Source: a virus (taxonomy: Duplodnaviria; Heunggongvirae; Uroviricota; Caudoviricetes). Taken from it: a DNA stretch of 4,207 nt. Under the pieces are notes generated by a model. That model was not told where the DNA came from and did no database searches. It saw only the letters and a program-made list of their open reading frames with translations. Positions 1-4,207 of the stretch are shown piece by piece. Each line of letters starts with the position of its first letter. The stretch's first letter is position 1. The stretch is from the IMG/VR virus record IMGVR_UViG_3300011952_000019. One strand, given 5' to 3'. The position numbers were made by a program, and so were the translations under genes.

Positions 1-48
1 GATGTGCAGATGATTGAAGAGATTATCCTGGCTCACCTCGACCGTTAG
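1..48 (+). CDS. 3' end of upstream late gene, probably tail completion protein S (partial, 5' end outside window)
   Basis: Frame-1 reading DVQMIEEIILAHLDR then TAG at 46-48. Assignment to gpS rests only on P2 gene order (S precedes V); 15 residues are too few to recognise by sequence. Confidence 0.35.
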   Translation, partial: DVQMIEEIILAHLDR

Positions 49-114
49 TTGTGCCATTCCCGACACCTCATCGTCACATTGCCGCCAGTATGACCCGGCG
101 GCATCCTTCCCGTT
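49..114 (+). promoter_or_regulatory. S-V intergenic region, expected position of the P2-type late promoter for the V-W-J-I-H operon; exact elements not resolved
   Basis: 66-nt non-coding spacer between the upstream stop and the V start. In P2 the tail fibre operon is transcribed from an Ogr-dependent late promoter upstream of V. Only an imperfect TGT(50-52)...ACA(63-65) partial dyad is visible, with 10-nt rather than the canonical 12-nt spacing, and there is no clear Shine-Dalgarno before ATG 115. Confidence 0.2.
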
Positions 115-700
115 ATGAACACTCTCGCAAATATTCAGGAACTCGCGCGCGCACTGCGCAACATGATTCGCACCGGCGTTATCGTCGAAACCGACCTTAA
201 CGCCGGTCGCTGCCGTGTGCAGACCGGCGGCATGTGTACCGACTGGCTGCAGTGGCTNNNNNNNNNNNNNNNNNNNNNNNNNNNNNNNNNNNNNNNNNNN
301 NNNNNNNNNNNNNNNNNNTTATTCCGGCGATAATCCCGCGCCGTCTGCGTCGGCGGGTGCCCTGCATATCCGTTTCCCTGACGGGGCGGTGATTGAGTAT
401 GAACCCGAAACCAGTGCGCTCACGGTAAGCGGAATTAAAACGGCCAGCGTGACGGCTTCCGGTTCTGTTACTGCCACTGTGCCGGTGGTCATGGTGAAAG
501 CGTAAACCCGCATCACCCTGGACACACCGGAGGTGGTCTGCACCAACAGGCTGATTACCGGCACGCTGGAAGTGCAGAAGGGCGGGACGATGCGCGGCAA
601 CATTGAACACACCGGCGGTGAACTCTCATCAAACGGTAAGGTACTGCATACCCATAAACACCCCGGCGACAGCGGCGGCACAACCGGGAGTCCTCTATGA
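115..700 (+). CDS. V: Baseplate assembly / central spike protein V (P2 gpV family), disrupted here: interrupted by N-gap 258-318 and carrying an in-frame TAA at 503-505 (possible pseudogene or sequencing error)
   Basis: N-terminus MNTLANIQELARALRNMIRTGVIVETDLNAGRCRVQTGGMCTDWLQW matches P2 gpV. After the gap the frame-2 reading YSGDNPAPS...VPVVMVKA, TAA, then TRITLDTPEVVCTNRLITGTLEVQKGGTMRGNIEHTGGELSSNGKVLHTHKHPGDSGGTTGSPL continues the gpV C-terminus to TGA 698-700. Stop overlaps the W start (ATGA). Confidence 0.85.
258..318. other. Run of 61 N (assembly gap or masked bases) inside gene V
   Basis: Directly visible. The V frame before the gap (codons starting at positions 1 mod 3) and after it (2 mod 3) do not join across 61 nt, so the true missing length differs from 61. 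Confidence 0.99.
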
Positions 701-1044
701 CAGCGCGTTATCTCGGAATGAATCGCAGTGATGGCCTGACGGTCACTGACCTTGAGCATATCAGCCAGAGTATCGGCGATATCCTGCGCACACCGGTCGG
801 CTCACGGGTGATGCGCCGTGATTACGGCTCCTTGCTGGCGTCCATGATTTACCAGCCCCAGACCCCGGCGCTTGAGTTGCAGATTAAGGTCGCCTGTTAC
901 ATGGCGGTGCTGAAATGGGAACCCCGCGTCACCCTGTCATCCGTCACCACGGCGCGCAGCTTTGACGGGCGAATGACGGTCACGTTAACCGGCCAGCACA
1001 ACGACACCGGCCAGCCACTTTCGTTAACCATCCCTGTGAGTTGA
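697..1044 (+). CDS. W: Baseplate wedge protein W (P2 gpW; T4 gp25-like family)
   Basis: 115-aa ORF, MTARYLGMNRSDGLTVTDLEHISQSIGDILRTPVGSRVMRRDYGS..., recognisable as gpW; size and position are right. GGGAG at 686-690 sits 6 nt upstream of ATG 697; the start overlaps the V stop. Confidence 0.95.
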   Translation: MTARYLGMNRSDGLTVTDLEHISQSIGDILRTPVGSRVMRRDYGSLLASMIYQPQTPALELQIKVACYMAVLKWEPRVTLSSVTTARSFDGRMTVTLTGQHNDTGQPLSLTIPVS

Positions 1045-1048
1045 AACC

Positions 1049-1957
1049 ATGCCGATTATCGACCTGAACCAGCTACCCGCACCGGATGTGGTCGAGGAGC
1101 TGGACTTTGAAACCATTCTTGCCGAACGCAAGGCGACACTGATTTCCCTTTACCCGGAAGACCAGCAGGAGGCGGTCGCCCGTACCCTGACGCTGGAATC
1201 TGAGCCTCTCGTCAAACTGCTGGAGCAAAATGCTTATCGTGAGCTTATCTGGCGTCAGCGTGTGAATGAGGCCGCACGGGCGGTGATGCTGGCCTGTGCT
1301 GCCGGTAATGACCTTGATGTGATTGGTGCCAATTACAACACCACACGCCTGATTATCACCCCGGCAGATGATTCGACCATCCCGCCGACACCGGCAGTGA
1401 TGGAGTCTGACACCGATTATCGTCTGCGTATTCAGCAGGCGTTTGAAGGTTTAAGCGTCGCCGGGTCGGTGGGTGCCTATCAGTATCATGGTCGCAGTGC
1501 CGACGGGCGTGTCGCGGATATCTCTGTCACCAGTCCGTCTCCGGCCTGCGTCACCATCTCTGTGCTGTCACGTGAAAATAACGGTGTCGCATCCGAAGAC
1601 CTGCTGGCGGTGGTGCGTAACGCCCTTAATGGCGAGGACGTCAGGCCGGTGGCCGACCGAGTGACCGTGCAGTCTGCCGCCATTGTTGAATACCAGATAA
1701 ACGCCACGCTGTACCTTTACCCTGGTCCCGAAAGCGAACCCATCCGCGCCGCCGCCGTGAAAAAACTGGAAGCATACATCACGGCACAGCACCGGCTGGG
1801 GCGCGACATCCGTCTGTCTGCCATTTATGCCGCCTTGCATGTGGAAGGCGTGCAGCGTGTCGAGCTGGCCGCACCACTGGCCGACATTGTGCTCAACAAT
1901 ACGCAGGCGTCTTTCTGTACCGAATACCGCGTCGTGACCGGAGGCTCGGATGAGTGA
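1049..1957 (+). CDS. J: Baseplate assembly protein J (P2 gpJ; T4 gp6-like family)
   Basis: 302-aa ORF beginning MPIIDLNQLPAPDVVEELDFETILAERKA..., recognisable as gpJ. Starts 4 nt after the W stop; the 3' end overlaps the I start by 8 nt. Confidence 0.95.
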   Translation: MPIIDLNQLPAPDVVEELDFETILAERKATLISLYPEDQQEAVARTLTLESEPLVKLLEQNAYRELIWRQRVNEAARAVMLACAAGNDLDVIGANYNTTRLIITPADDSTIPPTPAVMESDTDYRLRIQQAFEGLSVAGSVGAYQYHGRSADGRVADISVTSPSPACVTISVLSRENNGVASEDLLAVVRNALNGEDVRPVADRVTVQSAAIVEYQINATLYLYPGPESEPIRAAAVKKLEAYITAQHRLGRDIRLSAIYAALHVEGVQRVELAAPLADIVLNNTQASFCTEYRVVTGGSDE

Positions 1958-2480
1958 TTCGCGCCTGCTGCCGACCGGCTCATCACCGCTTGAAGTCGCC
2001 GCCGCAAAAGCCTGTGCGGAAATTGAAAAAACGCCGGTCAGTATTCGTGAGCTGTGGAACCCGGATGCTTGTCCGGCAAATCTGCTGCCGTGGCTGGCGT
2101 GGGCGTTTTCGGTTGACCGCTGGGATGAAAAGTGGCCGGAAGCAACAAAACGCGCCGTTATCCGCGATGCGTATTTCATTCACTGCCATAAAGGCACTAT
2201 CGGTGCAATCCGGCGTGTGGTGGAGCCGCTCGGCTATCTCATTAACGTAAAGGAATGGTGGGAGACAAACGACCCGGCCGGAACCTTTCGCCTTGATATC
2301 GGCGTACTGGAAAGCGGTATCACGGAAGAGATGTATCTGGAAATGGAACGGCTGATTGCCGATGCCAAACCCGCAAGTCGCCACCTTATCGGTCTGAACA
2401 TTATCCAGGACATTCCCGGCTATCTGTATACAGGCGGTGTGGTCTGTGATGGTGATGTTATTACTGTTTATCCCGGATAA
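1950..2480 (+). CDS. I: Baseplate / tail protein I (P2 gpI)
   Basis: 176-aa ORF MSDSRLLPTGSSPLEVAAAKACAEIEKTPVSIRELWNPDACPANLLPWLAWAFSVDRWDEKWPEATKRAV..., recognisable as gpI. GGAGG at 1940-1944 sits 5 nt before ATG 1950, which lies inside the J 3' end. Confidence 0.95.
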   Translation: MSDSRLLPTGSSPLEVAAAKACAEIEKTPVSIRELWNPDACPANLLPWLAWAFSVDRWDEKWPEATKRAVIRDAYFIHCHKGTIGAIRRVVEPLGYLINVKEWWETNDPAGTFRLDIGVLESGITEEMYLEMERLIADAKPASRHLIGLNIIQDIPGYLYTGGVVCDGDVITVYPG

Positions 2481-2490
2481 GTGAGAAACA

Positions 2491-4207
2491 ATGAGCACGA
2501 AATTTAAAACCGTTATCACTACTGCCGGAGCCGCAAAGCTGGCAGCCGCCACTGTCCCCGGCGGGAAAAAAGTAAACCTGTCTGCAATGGCCGTGGGTGA
2601 TGGTAATGGCAAATTGCCGGTGCCGGATACCGGTCAGACGAAGCTGGTGCATGAGGTCTGGCGTCATGCCCTGAATAAAGTCAGCGTGGATAATAAGAAT
2701 AAAAACTATATCGTGGCTGAACTGGTTGTTCCGCCCGAAGTGGGCGGCTTCTGGATGCGTGAGCTTGGTCTGTATGACGATGCCGGAACACTGATTGCGG
2801 TATCCAACATGGCAGAAAGCTATAAGCCAGAACTGGCTGAAGGCTCCGGACGTGCGCAGACCTGCCGCATGGTTATTATTCTCAGCAACGTGGCGTCCGT
2901 TGAACTGAGTATTGATGCCAGCACGGTGATGGCGACGCAGGATTATGTCGATGACAAAATCGCAGAGCATGAGCAGTCCCGCCGCCATCCTGACGCCACG
3001 CTGACAGAAAAAGGTTTTACTCAGTTAAGCAGTGCAACAAACAGCACCAGTGAAAAGCTGGCGGCAACGCCAAAAGCGGTCAAGGCTGCGAATGACAACG
3101 CAAATTCACGTCTGGCGAAAAATCAGAACGGTGCAGATATCCAGGATAAATCAGCTTTTCTGGACAATGTTGGCGTTACCAGCCTGACGTTTATGAAAAA
3201 CAATGGCGAAATGCCGCTTGATGCTGATCTGAATACGTTTGGTCCTGTTAAGGCTTATTCAGGTATCTGGTCTAAAGCAACATCCACCAACGCAACACTG
3301 GAGAAAAATTTCCCGGAAGATAATGCTGTCGGTGTGCTTGAGGTTTTTGCTGCCGGCAATTTTGCAGGTACGCAACGCTTTACCACGAGAGACGGCAATG
3401 TATACATGCGTAAACTCGCCAATAAGTGGAATGGCACTGATGGTCCGTGGGGCGTATGGCGTCACACTCAATCTGCTACCCGCCCTTTGAGTACGACTAT
3501 AGACCTGAATACGCTTGGAGCCGCCGAGCATCTTGGTTTATGGCGTAACAGTAGCTCAGCTATAGCTTCATATGAACGCAATTATCCAGAGGAAGGCGGC
3601 TTTGCTCAGGGGATGCTTGAGATCCTCGAAGGCGGAAATTATGGAAGAACGCAACGTTATACCACTCGCCGTGGAAATATGTACGTCCGCTGCCTTGCGG
3701 CAAGCTGGGATGCATCAAATCCGCAGTGGGAACCGTGGTTAAGAGTCGGTCATCAGTCAGAGAGTCGTTATTACGACGGGGATTTGAATGATGTGACTTC
3801 ACCAGGTATTTACAGCGTTACAGGTAAAGCGAGCAACGGTCCAATACTGGATGGAAACGGCGTGACAGTCCTCGGTATTCTGGAAGTGTTGAGGCGCTTT
3901 GATGGTGTTAACGTATGGCAGCGTTATACAACTGCCGGAACAGGTACAACCCTTAAAGGTCGCACGTTTGAGCGCGTTTTTACCGGCAGCTCATGGAGCG
4001 AATGGCGGGAAGTTTACACATCTTATTCACTTCCCCTGAATCTGGGTATCGGCGGCGCAGTAGCAAAACTATCCAGTCTGGACTGGCAGACCTACGATTT
4101 TGTGCCGGGCAGTCTGATAACCGTTCGGCTTGATAATATGACCAACATTCCCGACGGTATGGACTGGGGCGTCATTGATGGCAACCTGATAAACATCGCA
4201 GTTGGTC
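2491..4207 (+). CDS. H: Tail fibre protein H (P2 gpH family), 5' part only; open to the window end with no stop
   Basis: ATG 2491 lies 10 nt after the I stop. Frame 1 is open for 572 codons to position 4206. N-terminus MSTKFKTVITTAGAAKLAAATVPGGKKVNLSAMAVGDGNGKLPVPDTGQTKLVHEVWRHALNKV... is the conserved baseplate-proximal domain of P2-type tail fibres, followed by GFTQLSSATNSTSEKLAATPKAVKAA and repeat-rich distal sequence. Absent from the ORF track only because it lacks a stop in the window. Confidence 0.93.
   Translation, partial: MSTKFKTVITTAGAAKLAAATVPGGKKVNLSAMAVGDGNGKLPVPDTGQTKLVHEVWRHALNKVSVDNKNKNYIVAELVVPPEVGGFWMRELGLYDDAGTLIAVSNMAESYKPELAEGSGRAQTCRMVIILSNVASVELSIDASTVMATQDYVDDKIAEHEQSRRHPDATLTEKGFTQLSSATNSTSEKLAATPKAVKAANDNANSRLAKNQNGADIQDKSAFLDNVGVTSLTFMKNNGEMPLDADLNTFGPVKAYSGIWSKATSTNATLEKNFPEDNAVGVLEVFAAGNFAGTQRFTTRDGNVYMRKLANKWNGTDGPWGVWRHTQSATRPLSTTIDLNTLGAAEHLGLWRNSSSAIASYERNYPEEGGFAQGMLEILEGGNYGRTQRYTTRRGNMYVRCLAASWDASNPQWEPWLRVGHQSESRYYDGDLNDVTSPGIYSVTGKASNGPILDGNGVTVLGILEVLRRFDGVNVWQRYTTAGTGTTLKGRTFERVFTGSSWSEWREVYTSYSLPLNLGIGGAVAKLSSLDWQTYDFVPGSLITVRLDNMTNIPDGMDWGVIDGNLINIAVG
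3226..4060 (+). repeat. Three tandem protein-level repeats of about 92-93 aa within the distal part of tail fibre H
   Basis: Units start at 3226, 3502 and 3781, each opening with DLN(T/D)...G.(Y/W) and containing G.LE(V/I)...(T)QR(F/Y)TT(R/A).G..Y.R...W...W: EKNFPEDNAVGVLEVFAAGNFAGTQRFTTRDGNVYMRKLANKWNGTDGPWGVW / ERNYPEEGGFAQGMLEILEGGNYGRTQRYTTRRGNMYVRCLAASWDASNPQWEPW / ...GVTVLGILEVLRRFDGVNVWQRYTTAGTGTTLKGRTFERVFTGSSWSEW. The units are diverged at DNA level. Confidence 0.6.

Noticed and set aside
215-505. Plus-strand ORF listed as a separate 96-aa protein
   Set aside because: Not an independent gene: it is the middle portion of gene V read from the N-gap to the in-frame TAA, and the apparent start codon is internal.
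197-759. Minus-strand ORFs 197..610 and 319..759
   Set aside because: Antisense to V and W, span the N-gap, and translate to Arg/His/Gly-rich sequence with no recognisable similarity.
1486-2007. Minus-strand ORFs 1486..1707 and 1825..2007
   Set aside because: Antisense to J and the J/I junction; no recognisable similarity.
1568-2179. 203-aa ORF on the minus strand
   Set aside because: Antisense to the well-supported J and I genes; its translation is low-complexity with no recognisable similarity and no start context. Typical shadow ORF in relatively GC-rich coding DNA.
1473-2250. Alternate-frame plus-strand ORFs 1473..1664 and 1954..2250
   Set aside because: Embedded out of frame within J and I respectively; no start context or recognisable similarity, and the overlapping frames are clearly conserved phage proteins.
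1983-2612. 209-aa ORF on the minus strand
   Set aside because: Antisense to I and the H 5' end; same reasoning as the other shadow ORFs.
2461-2988. 175-aa ORF on the minus strand
   Set aside because: Lies entirely opposite the conserved N-terminal domain of H; no support.
3239-3802. Small ORFs inside H: 3239..3490 (+), 3255..3437 (-), 3259..3531 (-), 3560..3802 (-)
   Set aside because: All lie within the continuous H reading frame in wrong frames or antisense; their translations are unstructured.
3226-4060. Possibility that the H repeats reflect a diversity-generating retroelement, an invertible segment or a mobile element
   Set aside because: The repeats are diverged at nucleotide level and in direct tandem within one frame. 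No inverted repeats, template-repeat pair, reverse transcriptase or invertase gene is visible in the window.
1-4207. Searched for defence or novel accessory cargo (toxin-antitoxin, CRISPR, restriction or abortive-infection genes, tRNA or sRNA)
   Set aside because: All coding capacity is accounted for by contiguous, syntenic P2-type tail genes with minimal intergenic space, leaving no unexplained ORF or structured non-coding region.

Overview
This window is a canonical P2-family (Peduovirus-type) phage tail and baseplate late-gene module, all on the + strand, in the order S (3' end) - V - W - J - I - H (5' part). The calls rest on unmistakable protein similarity to phage P2 gpV, gpW, gpJ, gpI and gpH as I recall them, on conserved synteny, and on tight or overlapping gene junctions; no database search was run. 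Two things disturb gene V: a 61-nt run of N (258-318) and an in-frame TAA (503-505) upstream of the conserved C-terminal spike-tip segment, so V is either a pseudogene, a nonsense mutant or a sequencing error. The tail fibre gene H runs off the 3' end of the window; its distal part carries three tandem ~92-aa repeats and looks more AT-rich than the baseplate genes, consistent with the known mosaic receptor-binding region of tail fibres. The supplied ORF track does not list H because it has no stop inside the window. I see no RNA genes, CRISPR arrays, IS elements or non-phage cargo, and no evidence of a novel system here. The minus-strand ORFs are antisense artefacts.
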